Shown here: positions 37,469 through 48,131 of the stretch, one piece after another | Numbering within the stretch: the first letter of the stretch is position 1 | Layout: each line of letters starts with the position of its first letter | Source: an uncultured Streptococcus sp. | GTDB taxonomy: Bacteria; Bacillota; Bacilli; Lactobacillales; Streptococcaceae | DNA length: 64,000 nt | Direction: 5' to 3' | Assembly: GCA_945864085.1 (NCBI GenBank) | Contig: CAMBAD010000002.1 | Coordinates: 14,144 to 78,143, forward strand | Position numbers and translations under genes: made by a program | Notes under the pieces: generated by a model | Told to the model about the DNA's origin: nothing | What the model saw: the letters and a program-made list of their open reading frames with translations, nothing else | The model's database searches: none

Positions 37469-38560
37469 TTACCCATTTTTCGATAATTCCAAGACAGCAA
37501 GTAACCGAGAAATTCTCTCAGAAGCAGAAAATTTATGTTTTGTATCCACTAGCCTCTCTTTCCATTCTTCAACTTGTTTTTGATTTTCAATAACGTACTT
37601 CATGCCCTCATATAGGTCTTCGTCACTCATACCAACTAACATACCGCTTTTTGCAGTATCAATAATCTCTTTTCCACCACTCACGGAGGTCGTCAGGACA
37701 GGAACCCCTAACATTATAGCCTCTGAACAAGCGGTGCTAAAACCTTCTGCATATGAGGAGCATACAAATAAATCTGCTTTTGAGGTAAATTTATGTGGGT
37801 TCTTCTGCGCTCCCATAAATACTACAACCTTCTCCAGTCCACGCTCTTGCGAATATTTCACTAATTCGCCATGTTGTGGTCCATCTCCAATAAGCCATAG
37901 TTTAAATGTGTAACCTTCATTCATTAAACGTTCTACAATCTTTAACAATCGTAAGTAACCCTTTTCTTCAGAATGTCTTCCAACAGAGATAAAAAGTAAT
38001 TCCTTCGGAATTGCCAAGTCTATTTTTTCTTCTCCAAGTTTACACACCACATTATTATCGATAGGATTGTAGCAATACTCCACAGGCACTGCACATTGCA
38101 ATTCCTTAAAGAGTCTATCTGCATTTTGCTTTGATACACAAACTACTCTATCGGCTTTTTTATAATATTCTTTAAGATGTAGCCCCTCATCATAACCATG
38201 CATCCATACATAGTGTTTTGATTTCACACTATTTGATGAAACAACCGCACATGTAGCCAAACCATATTGAAAGCCAATCTCTATTTGATACCTATCACGC
38301 CCGAAAATCCAATCATGTAATAGAAATGCTGGAACTAGATTTAAAATTGTCGACAAGCCTCTAAAATAAAAGCCTAAAACCGGTTTTACTTTAACCTTTT
38401 TGTTTATATCTTTTAAAATACTCTTGTCAAAATTAAAAATAGGTCTCAGCGTCACTTCAACCATTCCAGTATCAGCTAAATAGTTTGCCATTGCAATAGC
38501 TGATTGGGCCACACCGTCTGAATAAGTCAAATGATTAAATGAAAAACAGATTTTTTTCAT
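37469..38560 (-). CDS. GT4 glycosyltransferase
   Basis: VGRHSEEKG and SSYAEGFSTACSEA (EX7E). Confidence 0.88.
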   Translation of the reverse strand: MKKICFSFNHLTYSDGVAQSAIAMANYLADTGMVEVTLRPIFNFDKSILKDINKKVKVKPVLGFYFRGLSTILNLVPAFLLHDWIFGRDRYQIEIGFQYGLATCAVVSSNSVKSKHYVWMHGYDEGLHLKEYYKKADRVVCVSKQNADRLFKELQCAVPVEYCYNPIDNNVVCKLGEEKIDLAIPKELLFISVGRHSEEKGYLRLLKIVERLMNEGYTFKLWLIGDGPQHGELVKYSQERGLEKVVVFMGAQKNPHKFTSKADLFVCSSYAEGFSTACSEAIMLGVPVLTTSVSGGKEIIDTAKSGMLVGMSDEDLYEGMKYVIENQKQVEEWKERLVDTKHKFSASERISRLLAVLELSKNG

Positions 38561-38687
38561 ATTTATAACGTATTCCTTCTAACTTTATGGAAGGGACACT
38601 AAAAGTTATGCCCCTTATTTAAATTTATTCTATACAAAACCAATAATGGTTTCTTCTAGATATTTTAAAGACATTTAGCCATAGCTA

Positions 38688-39737
38688 TCAGAATATTTTC
38701 CCATCTTCTTGTTTTACTCCTGGAACGGCATCACTGTTCACTTCATCAAAGGGATATAAATATTCAGCTAACCTTTCTTCAATAACTTTAATCTCTGCTT
38801 CAATATTATGTTTTTTCCAAGTCTGAGTATTATTAACTGATTGTTGTGGATTAAATTTTTTGAATTGCATACTGTGTAGCGAATTATCCAGACCAGTTAG
38901 CATTTCAATCTTCGCAACTGTTTCATCATATTTATAAATCATATCTTCAAAACGTAATTTAATGACCTGATTAGTATTATAACTTTCTACTTTCCCACTT
39001 TTACGCGTGTATAGAAACCAGTCGCAGAAAGTATTTACATCATCCGTTGGACAAATATTCTCTTTCCAGTAGAAGCGGTTGCTTGTGTAAACATCTCTTG
39101 GATCGCGGTCTACAATAAAAACGGTGATATCATCAGAAAAGTAACGAAGAATTCGATTGAGATTCTGAGATGGAACCAACTGATCAACCTCTAAGAATGG
39201 CAGTCCTTCTGGATTAGCTGCCTGCATTAACGAAGCAACATAGTTCTGAACAGATTCAATGAACTTTTCCTGCGAAGGGTGTGAACAAAATATTCGTTCT
39301 CGGGATAGAATACTCTTTTTCCCATTTGTTAATTTTCGTAATATCTTATCCCATTGAATCAATATATAATACAGTACTTTTCCTTTGTCATATACATCAT
39401 AGAACCACCAGCCAGGATATGAAAAATCAATTATAGAATCAATGAACTTTCTAGTCAACTTCATGTATTGATTGTTGAAAAAAGGCTCGTACCTTGCATT
39501 GAAAAAGGTACCGGCATTGAATTCCGATAATCTCTTAAAGCGCTTTAGAGCATGACCTGCATTGTGCCTGTCATGGCATTCACATAAATAATGTTCTAAA
39601 TCAGAAACACCATCAATATCATATAAAAAGCGAAACTCATAATTCGTCAAATCCTTCACACAGGAGTACTCCGCAACCAAGTCTGTCAATGCACTTGAGC
39701 CGCTACCATAAAAACTTGCACAAGTTATTATTTTCAT
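38688..39737 (-). CDS. Sulfotransferase-fold (P-loop) protein
   Basis: N-terminal ASFYGSGSSA loop, IVDRDPRDVY and LRFED, matching the sulfotransferase motif layout. Confidence 0.65.
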   Translation of the reverse strand: MKIITCASFYGSGSSALTDLVAEYSCVKDLTNYEFRFLYDIDGVSDLEHYLCECHDRHNAGHALKRFKRLSEFNAGTFFNARYEPFFNNQYMKLTRKFIDSIIDFSYPGWWFYDVYDKGKVLYYILIQWDKILRKLTNGKKSILSRERIFCSHPSQEKFIESVQNYVASLMQAANPEGLPFLEVDQLVPSQNLNRILRYFSDDITVFIVDRDPRDVYTSNRFYWKENICPTDDVNTFCDWFLYTRKSGKVESYNTNQVIKLRFEDMIYKYDETVAKIEMLTGLDNSLHSMQFKKFNPQQSVNNTQTWKKHNIEAEIKVIEERLAEYLYPFDEVNSDAVPGVKQEDGKIF

Positions 39738-39783
39738 TCTACTATATCCTAACTAAAGCATAATTAAAACCTACAAATAAACA

Positions 39784-41247
39784 TTATTTACGAGCTAATT
39801 GCCTTCTTACTGTATTGAATAGCGATAGTAACTCTATTCTTGTGTTGTTAAATATCATCAAAACTCCAAAATAGACTATAATACAGATAAGAACCCCAAC
39901 AATGTTAAAGAAAATATTTTTTTCAATTATATTTTGAAAAAGTAGTCCTAAACATCCCATTATACTTGCTGCACCAACATATACATTTAATTCTTTTGGA
40001 TAATCTTTGAGCCTAAAATTTGCAACTTTTGACGCTATCCAATAATGAGTAACTGTCAACTGCCATCTTATTACAAAAGAAACATAGGTTATAACCATAA
40101 AACTACTATGCTCAAAATATAACAAACCCGTTGCAAGTAGCAGGGCTTGCAATATATTAGATAAAAATACATAGCCTGGTTTCCCCTTGGAAAGAATTGC
40201 ATAGGCTCCTATATCCGCAAATATGACACTCTCGCACATGACAAATCCCCATAAGCCGACAAAGAGTGAGGCTTCCTCCCATTGTGGTCCAAGTAGTGTT
40301 AGCGTAATAAACTTACGAAAAATAAAGATACCTACCCCTAAAGGAATAGTAAATAAACCAATAGACTTTTGAAAATTATTTACTGTTCGGTTAAAAGAGT
40401 CCGAGTCATTTTGTACTTTAGATAGTGTCGCAAATAGCACATTCATAGTTGAAGCAGTAATAATCGAAATGATTTGATTTACAGTCGTAATTGAAATCTT
40501 ATACAAACCTAGATAATACGCGCCTAATGATTGGCTAATAATAAAAACTGCAACATTCGAAACTAACCATGATGAAAGAGTCTCCAACATTGACCCTCCG
40601 CAAAACATAAACATGCTCTTCAGTTGCTCATAATCATAGTGAAGTTTTATGCGTTGCGTGGACCATATTATTAGAATAACGGTAATCACTAACTCTCCCA
40701 CCAGGTTTCCAATGACCAACGACCAGTAAGATTGGGTGTATAGTGCTAAAGGTATCGTCACAAGTACAGGGATGAGCTTAGCAATAACTCTAATAATCCC
40801 GAGCTTTTTATAGTGAAAATTCTTTCTATATACTGCATATTGAATACTAGAATAGGACATCAGAGGCAATACTAAGGAATAGACTCTAATCACCGTCTCA
40901 TAACCAGATACACCACTGAGGTTAGCAAGTGTTTCTGCATTTAGAAATATTAAAAGATAAAAAAATATCGAGACACCCAAATTTGTCCAAAAGGCTACAC
41001 TGATATACTCATCTTGTTCTGAGGAAGAAACAAATTGATGCTGTACAATATACTTTTGGAAACCCGCATCTGTAAACATCTCAGCAAACGTAGTAATCAT
41101 CATAATTGACGCGACAAGGCCAAATATTTCTGGTGTTAGAAGTCTCGCCAGAATCATATTGGTGATTGGCGAAATAAACTTAACAATAATTTCTGTCACT
41201 AACGACCACTTAACTGCCGATGTAACTTGATTTGACTCTACACTCAC
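39784..41247 (-). CDS. wzx: Wzx flippase
   Basis: ILARLLTPEIFG motif; 12-14 TM segments. Confidence 0.88.
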   Translation of the reverse strand: MSVESNQVTSAVKWSLVTEIIVKFISPITNMILARLLTPEIFGLVASIMMITTFAEMFTDAGFQKYIVQHQFVSSSEQDEYISVAFWTNLGVSIFFYLLIFLNAETLANLSGVSGYETVIRVYSLVLPLMSYSSIQYAVYRKNFHYKKLGIIRVIAKLIPVLVTIPLALYTQSYWSLVIGNLVGELVITVILIIWSTQRIKLHYDYEQLKSMFMFCGGSMLETLSSWLVSNVAVFIISQSLGAYYLGLYKISITTVNQIISIITASTMNVLFATLSKVQNDSDSFNRTVNNFQKSIGLFTIPLGVGIFIFRKFITLTLLGPQWEEASLFVGLWGFVMCESVIFADIGAYAILSKGKPGYVFLSNILQALLLATGLLYFEHSSFMVITYVSFVIRWQLTVTHYWIASKVANFRLKDYPKELNVYVGAASIMGCLGLLFQNIIEKNIFFNIVGVLICIIVYFGVLMIFNNTRIELLSLFNTVRRQLARK

Positions 41248-42722
41248 TTTCTTAATTCCACCTTACTACCTGTTTTACCTAAAAATGCAGTTCTGCGACA
41301 TGTGGTTTGTATATATATTCTAATAAAAATCAAAGAATAAGATATTGCCTTCCAAATATAGTATGAATCTCTACGTGGTAATGTAAACCATAAAAACAAC
41401 AAGATACTTATCCTGTACAGTTCCCATGGGCTAGTATGTTCTTTCAAATTTTTGACTCGTAAAAACGAAAAAATTATAAGACAAACGATAAAAATAGCAA
41501 TTAAACCAAACCAACCAAAATTGATATAGGCCTCTGCGTTAAGGGAAAAACCTAAACCGAACGAATATTGCCAAAAATATTGAGAGTGCCAAGTTTCAAA
41601 TATCCTAGATTGCTGATTTATTACATTTACAATACCTGTAATATCTAAAAAAGAAGGTATCGAACCGCCAATAGCAGACAAAATATATCCTTGCCCCCAT
41701 AAAAAAGCTTCTTGCCCTGGAACAATATACATCATCGTAAATAGTGGAAAAACACTAATTCCTAACTCAGATAAAAAGCCTACCAAGAAGTTTCCACCTG
41801 ATAAGGCAAATAGGATATCTTCTCCTGTTCTATATGCATATACTACTCGGATAAAGATAATCAGCAATAGACCAATGAAGCTAATCTTAGATATATCTTT
41901 CCAATTATATTTAATATTCCCACTATTTTTGTTGTATGAAACAAGAGCTAAAATAAGCAATCCTGAAATACCTGTTGTCCTATCGCCACAAAGAGCAGTG
42001 AGAACTAACCAGATAAATACACCGTAGCGTGCTACTTGTGAACTCTTATCGCTTCTGAAGATAATTGTTAAGAGGGAAAATGGCATGAACATAAACTCTA
42101 AAAAGGTTACTAGCGTTGGAATGTTCTCTTCAAAAGCCCTAACAGCATAATACCCCCCTTCTAAACTTGTAAGAAATTTCATTGCAACAAGAGGTAGAGC
42201 TAAAATTGAAGTTCCCAAAAAACCCAACCATGCTACCCTACCAACTTCTAGAGGATTGTACTGATCAATAACATAGTGTTTCTCTTTTTGTAGTATGGAA
42301 ACACAAATAATCCCAGCATAGCCTGCCACTACATTGCTAAGGGACGAAAAAATAGACACATCTTTCAAAAAAATTTTTAACGTACTAATATAGAAATCAT
42401 AGAATGGGATATCTAGAGCTACCAGAAGTAATTGTCCATTTTGAAAAACATAAAATGCCATTAAAAACAGAGTGATAGGATTTATAACTCCCCCATTTAA
42501 TTTGTTTATATAGACGATTTCAAGAATAAAAATTATTAAACTACTGAGAATGCTAAATTTTATTGTAAAATCTTCCTCAAAAGAGGAGCTTGTAAAAAAT
42601 AGGAAAAATGCATATAACATGACGACTATAGCTCCAAATACCACAGTCATAAAGTTTTTTTTAGAAATAACTAACATTCTAATACTCTTTCTGTTGATTA
42701 TTTTTCTATTGAATCCTGTCAC
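41244..42722 (-). CDS. wzy: Wzy polymerase
   Basis: Multi-TM protein with GDR and GLGFSLNAEAYINFG. Start is uncertain. Confidence 0.8.
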   Translation of the reverse strand: MTGFNRKIINRKSIRMLVISKKNFMTVVFGAIVVMLYAFFLFFTSSSFEEDFTIKFSILSSLIIFILEIVYINKLNGGVINPITLFLMAFYVFQNGQLLLVALDIPFYDFYISTLKIFLKDVSIFSSLSNVVAGYAGIICVSILQKEKHYVIDQYNPLEVGRVAWLGFLGTSILALPLVAMKFLTSLEGGYYAVRAFEENIPTLVTFLEFMFMPFSLLTIIFRSDKSSQVARYGVFIWLVLTALCGDRTTGISGLLILALVSYNKNSGNIKYNWKDISKISFIGLLLIIFIRVVYAYRTGEDILFALSGGNFLVGFLSELGISVFPLFTMMYIVPGQEAFLWGQGYILSAIGGSIPSFLDITGIVNVINQQSRIFETWHSQYFWQYSFGLGFSLNAEAYINFGWFGLIAIFIVCLIIFSFLRVKNLKEHTSPWELYRISILLFLWFTLPRRDSYYIWKAISYSLIFIRIYIQTTCRRTAFLGKTGSKVELRK

Positions 42723-42918
42723 TAGAAAATTTATTGAAATTTACAAAGTCTACATACGGTTCCCTAACTTAGGAAATAACGATTTGAGATTAGTAACATT
42801 GTTTGTTGTTAACTTTACTTTACACCTACTGAATATATCACCTGTCCTGATTCTCCAATAAGGGATTCTATAATTTTTCAGGAAAACTCAAATGGTTCAC
42901 TATAAAGTAGCAACCTGC

Positions 42919-44070
42919 CTAAAAGGAGTTGCTGTAAATTTCCTTCATTTTTACTTCAACTCGCTCTAAAGAATATTTTTCACTAGACATAAGTGAACAT
43001 TGAGAAAGTTGCTTATATAAAACTGCATCGTCAAGGATTCTTGTTATAGCTACAATAAACTCATCTACTGCTGAGTTTTCTGCAATATACCCATTTTTTC
43101 CATCCTCTACTAAATCTCTATTTCCACGACAATTCGATACTATTAAAGGTAGTCCAGTTGCCATTGCTTCAAGTAAATTTACAGGAAGGCCTTCACGTTT
43201 AGAACTAGATAGGGCAATATCAGAAACTCTCATCAAATCAGGAATATCTTTTCTATAACCTAACAGAAGCACTGATTCTTCTAAACCTTTATCCTTTATG
43301 AGTTGGCGATAAGTATTCAATAATACTCCGTTACCAACCAGCAATAGAACAATATCCTTTCTTGTTTTTGAAAGTTGTTCCATCATTTCAATTAAAATAG
43401 ATTGATTTTTATTGGCATTCAATTCTCCGACAAAAATTAGGTACTTTTTATTCTGGTCTAAACCCAGTACTAACTTTAGTTGAGCCTTTGTATTATCTGA
43501 TATTGGTGAGAACTTCTCTAAATTTACTCCTACACCATTCACCAAGTGCAACCCCTTCATTTTGAAACGCTTCTTAGCAATAGCATAGTCCTCTTCATTG
43601 ATAGTAATAATAGTATCTGTAAAGTAAGATAATATTTTTTCTACAGGGTAAAAAAGAAGCCACCCTACTCTACTTCCGCCTTTATAAAAATGAAAACCAT
43701 GAGCGGTATACATATTATTGTCCACTTTGTGACAGTAACCTAAGATACGCCCTATTAGCCCTCCGATTGGAGTATGACTATGAACTAAATCATAGGTATT
43801 ATCAGACATCACTTTATTCAACATTCTAAATGCGAGCCAATTACCAGGGTGAAACGGATTTCTTTGAAAGGGAATATCATATACGTTGACTTTATTTGCC
43901 TCTAAAAATTCTTTTAATTCTTGTACACTCTCAATAGAAATTGTACCTGAATGAGAAAAATTGGCTGCTACATCAACCTCAAAACCAAGTGACTGTAATA
44001 TTTTTATATTGGAAATATTAAATTGTCCAATCATTGAAGCAACAGAGGCTACAATAAGAGCTTTTTTCAT
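42919..44070 (-). CDS. GT4 glycosyltransferase
   Basis: HTPIGG, YTAHGFHF and SKREGLPVNLLEA. Confidence 0.9.
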   Translation of the reverse strand: MKKALIVASVASMIGQFNISNIKILQSLGFEVDVAANFSHSGTISIESVQELKEFLEANKVNVYDIPFQRNPFHPGNWLAFRMLNKVMSDNTYDLVHSHTPIGGLIGRILGYCHKVDNNMYTAHGFHFYKGGSRVGWLLFYPVEKILSYFTDTIITINEEDYAIAKKRFKMKGLHLVNGVGVNLEKFSPISDNTKAQLKLVLGLDQNKKYLIFVGELNANKNQSILIEMMEQLSKTRKDIVLLLVGNGVLLNTYRQLIKDKGLEESVLLLGYRKDIPDLMRVSDIALSSSKREGLPVNLLEAMATGLPLIVSNCRGNRDLVEDGKNGYIAENSAVDEFIVAITRILDDAVLYKQLSQCSLMSSEKYSLERVEVKMKEIYSNSF

Positions 44071-44844
44071 ACTAAATACTTCTTTCTTTCGTTAATCGAA
44101 TGACTTTTTTTAAAATTATCTATCTGATAATTAAAATCATACATGTGTTGAGACGAGAAACAGACCCAATCAATCCTATCGGATAACTTAAGTTTTGACA
44201 CCTACTAACAATTTAGATCTTATTCAATACATACCCATACTAACACTCATTTTTCTAAAACGGAAAAAATTAACTCCCAAAGGTACGCAGGAATATCACT
44301 AAATCAATACTGCGTTTTAAAATATACTTAACTACTAAATTTACTTCTATAGTTATTAAAGAAACTTATACGTATGCAAACTTATTCTCGCACTCCCTAC
44401 AAAATGAAACAATAGTTCGGGTTAACTCCGAATCCATTTTGACTATTTAGTAAGTGTCGGCAGGCCTTCAACACTAAATTTCGGTACATGAAGGTTACAT
44501 CATCACAAACCATTAATTCTACCGTTATCCCTTTAAAAGATTTATTATAGCATTGTGACTAGAGACGTGGTATTACAACGAGGAATATTTAAAATCGCGA
44601 ATAGAACTTAATATCTGAATCAACAGTAGTAGATTTTTTTGCTTGCATTATAACCAATCTTAGCCACTTCTGATATATTTTCTCTTACAAAGAGAATATT
44701 CGGGTATTTCTTATACTCTTGGGAACTAAACACTTATTAAGATATTCGTTCCTCATTTCGTAGTTGTTTTGAGTTTACGCCATACATTTTTTATAGAAAT
44801 AAACCAGCAATAGGAACAAGTATGTTTTTTATACTACATATTTA

Positions 44845-45657
44845 TTATTTTTTCATTGATAAAAGTATCCTTCTTAAATATTTTAATTCATCAAAAATAG
44901 TGATTGCAATATAAAAGGGTAAACTTATTTTTTTCTGCTTTAATAATTCCATGAAATTCAATCTGTTCCCTTCTTGCATACCTTTTAAGTTACCTGATAG
45001 ACCTCGCTCCCCAAAACCTCGCTTTCCGCGATCATAGTGAACATTCTGTTCGGGTAAATAATAATACCCATATGCATGACAAATTCTCAAAAAGTATTGT
45101 CTATCCTCAGAATAATGGCGTTTCTCATCATATCCACCAATTTCATCAAAGATTGATTTTTTAAAAAGCACTGTTGAAGTCTGTGGAAACATCTTGATAC
45201 AAATTTCTTGAATATTTGCTCTATGAAGTCTATCTATCTTGCGTCCAAGAATAGTTAATGGAAAGGTAGTATGATTACCACCAATAAAATCAATACTATC
45301 ATTTAATAAAATTTCATCAATTTGCCTTTCAATTTTATTCGCAAACCACTCGTCATCAGAATCTAGCAAAGCAATCCAAGTTCCTAAAGCATTTAACATT
45401 CCTACATTTCTTGCTCTAGAAACTCCTGCATTTTCTTGATTTATTAGGCGAATATTAAGATATGGATATTTTTTTGCATAATGTTCAACCTCGAATGCTG
45501 TCGAATCTGTAGAACCATCGTTAACTACAATAATTTCGTTAATATACTCCAAACAAGTTTGTAGCCTAACTGATTCTAAAGCTCTTACTATAACATTCTC
45601 AGAATTGTACGCTGGAATAACCACTGAGATAGATGATTTTTCTATATTTTTCCCCAA
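44845..45657 (-). CDS. GT2 glycosyltransferase
   Basis: SVVIPAYN, NDGSTD, GVSRARN and LDSDD. Confidence 0.9.
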   Translation of the reverse strand: MGKNIEKSSISVVIPAYNSENVIVRALESVRLQTCLEYINEIIVVNDGSTDSTAFEVEHYAKKYPYLNIRLINQENAGVSRARNVGMLNALGTWIALLDSDDEWFANKIERQIDEILLNDSIDFIGGNHTTFPLTILGRKIDRLHRANIQEICIKMFPQTSTVLFKKSIFDEIGGYDEKRHYSEDRQYFLRICHAYGYYYLPEQNVHYDRGKRGFGERGLSGNLKGMQEGNRLNFMELLKQKKISLPFYIAITIFDELKYLRRILLSMKK

Positions 45658-45866
45658 AACTCTGTCTCCTTATTGTATCTTTTAAATCAGTTCTGTGAGA
45701 ATACCCGATATCATTCAATAATCTTTATAAACATTACTTAAACCAAATTTATACTACTACACATTTTTTCTGTTAAAGTTTCTGCGTGATGCAAAACATT
45801 AAATACAATAAAACAATTTACTTACAACTTGAGTCCGTTTAATTCTTTTATCCTTTAATTTTTGTT

Positions 45867-46718
45867 CTAGCATAGTTCTGTATTTTTTATTGATTCCTCA
45901 AAGTCTATTACCTGATACTCAAAAGCATATCGGCTCATCTCCTGCTCATAAACTAAGTTTCCAAATACTTTCTTCACTGTATCAAAATGGAACAATAACT
46001 TTATGACTGGATTAAACATTTTTGTAAAATATATTTTCTTTCCATGTACTTCAGCTATTACTTTAACCAATTCAGAAGTATTGACATATTCTGAATTTTG
46101 TGGACAAAACAGCCCACGCAACTCTAACTCTATAACTTTCCTGATAAATTCACAGAGGTTATCAATATGCAACATACTTCTAGAATTTAAAATTTTTGGA
46201 AAAATTGGTGTTAACTGAGTTAACTTTGATAAATTCGAATAATTTCCCTTAGAACCTTTCCCATAAACTATAGGCGGTCTCACAATAACTAATTTAAACT
46301 GGCAATCACGTAACTTGAGTAATTCCTCTTCAGCCTGGTACTTAGATTGACCATATTTCGTCGTTGGAATTGCCAGGGTTGAACTTGCTATTTTACCAGT
46401 ATTGAGACCATACACACTCATAGTACTTAAGAAAATAAATTGAGAAACTCCTGCTTTTTTTGCTTTTTTTGCAATCAAAACTGGTAAATCAGTATTTACT
46501 TTCTTATACTCCTCATATGAAATTTTTTTCTCACGCTTGTGTACAATTGCGGCAACATGAAAAATAGAATCATAGCCTGAAAAATCGTATTCTTGCCAGT
46601 TAGGGTCCAATAAATCCAAGGTATCTATTTCAAAATCCGCACCTTTTTCCATAACATATTTTTCAAAAGATGTCCCGATATATGAGTTTGCTCCTGTTAT
46701 CAATACTCTTTTCATCAT
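45867..46718 (-). CDS. NAD-dependent sugar epimerase/reductase
   Basis: ITGANSYIG and YGQSK. Start moved to 46718. Confidence 0.88.
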   Translation of the reverse strand: MMKRVLITGANSYIGTSFEKYVMEKGADFEIDTLDLLDPNWQEYDFSGYDSIFHVAAIVHKREKKISYEEYKKVNTDLPVLIAKKAKKAGVSQFIFLSTMSVYGLNTGKIASSTLAIPTTKYGQSKYQAEEELLKLRDCQFKLVIVRPPIVYGKGSKGNYSNLSKLTQLTPIFPKILNSRSMLHIDNLCEFIRKVIELELRGLFCPQNSEYVNTSELVKVIAEVHGKKIYFTKMFNPVIKLLFHFDTVKKVFGNLVYEQEMSRYAFEYQVIDFEESIKNTELC

Positions 46719-47314
46719 TTTCCTTTCTGTCCTGTTCCGCCTTCGATAACACCTTCGCTCTTGGCTACGCTGAGAAACGTTCCAAAGAAGCATTTCACAT
46801 CCAGACCAAAACTCCTATTTTGAACATAGTAACCATCCAAGCGCGCCTTATCTTCTATTTCCAATTCGTCACGACCATTGATTTGTGCCCAACCAGTCAA
46901 TCCAGGAGGAATATCGTTGACTCCGTATTTATCTCGTTCCTCAATCAAATCATACTGATTCCATAAGGCAGGACGAGGCCCTACTACAGACATCTCCCCT
47001 TTAAAAATATTGAATAGCTGTGGAAGTTCATCAAGGCTTGTCTTTCTCAAAAAACCACCAACTTTGGTAATCATAGCCGTCGGATCTTGCAATAGATGAG
47101 TAGGCATATCACTTGGTGCGTCCACATACATGGAACGGAATTTATAAATCATAAAATATTGCTTATGTCTGCCAACTCGCTTTTGTTTGAAAAGAACTGG
47201 TCCCTTAGAATCCAGCTTGATTGCAATCGCAATAATAGCTAAAATCGGGCTGAAAACAAGGATAGCCACTCCTGATAGCACAATGTCAAAAACTCGTTTT
47301 AAAATCGGATACAT
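46715..47314 (-). CDS. Initiating sugar-phosphate transferase
   Basis: KRVFD, YKFRSM, LDELPQ and PGLTGWAQ. Confidence 0.92.
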   Translation of the reverse strand: MYPILKRVFDIVLSGVAILVFSPILAIIAIAIKLDSKGPVLFKQKRVGRHKQYFMIYKFRSMYVDAPSDMPTHLLQDPTAMITKVGGFLRKTSLDELPQLFNIFKGEMSVVGPRPALWNQYDLIEERDKYGVNDIPPGLTGWAQINGRDELEIEDKARLDGYYVQNRSFGLDVKCFFGTFLSVAKSEGVIEGGTGQKGK

Positions 47315-47323
47315 TTCCCTCTC

Positions 47324-48042
47324 CTAATACTCAATCCTAAAATAATCTAAATACCGCTTAAACCTGTCTTGTGCAGTCAGACAAGTATCTAATAAAAATC
47401 CAGCCTGCTCTCCCCATTCAGAAAGCCCCCGATAATAGAAGTATGTCATATCATCACCAATGATGAAGGGCACATGCCCATGTTTGAGGCACTCTTTAAA
47501 CAGTATCAATCGCCCAACTCGACCATTGCCATCTTGAAAGGGATGGATACGTTCGAATCGAACATGAAAGTCAAGTATAGCCTCAAAAGAAATAGGCCAC
47601 AAACCATGATAGCTGCTAAGAAGTTCTTTCATATCTGAAGCTACATTTTCTGGTAGAGTTGTTTCGTGAGCGCCAACTTCATTAGGAAGTGCCTTATAAT
47701 CTCCAACTTGAAACCATGACTTCCGAGAATCAGAAGTCCCTCTCTTCAATATAGCATGAACATCCTTTATCCATTTCTCAGTCAGTTCATCTTGAAAACT
47801 ATCTAGTAGAAAATCTACAGCTGTAAAATGCTTGGTGGTTTCTATGATGTCATCAAAACCTTTATGGTTGAACTATCCTCAAAACCAATCGTATTAGTCT
47901 CAAAAATATGCCTTGTCTGGTCATGGGAAAGCTGACTACCTTCTATATGATTTGAATTAAAGGCAAACTCTATCTGAACCCTATGGTAAAGACCACCTTT
48001 CATTTTACATTCTTTTTCTTCTACCAAGCGTTTCCCTAGCAT
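47324..48042 (-). pseudogene. Frameshifted Fic family protein
   Basis: The N-part (NSNHIEGS) and C-part (HPFQDGNGRVGR) join across a frameshift at the A4 run 47855-47858 (TIKV|DDIIET). Confidence 0.85.
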
Positions 48043-48131
48043 GATTTACCTCTTGGATTACATTATTATCCTCCCTAGAATTTAAAAACCTGTTCTAAAC
48101 TCTAGGAAAGTAAAAATGGCTTTTTACTTTC

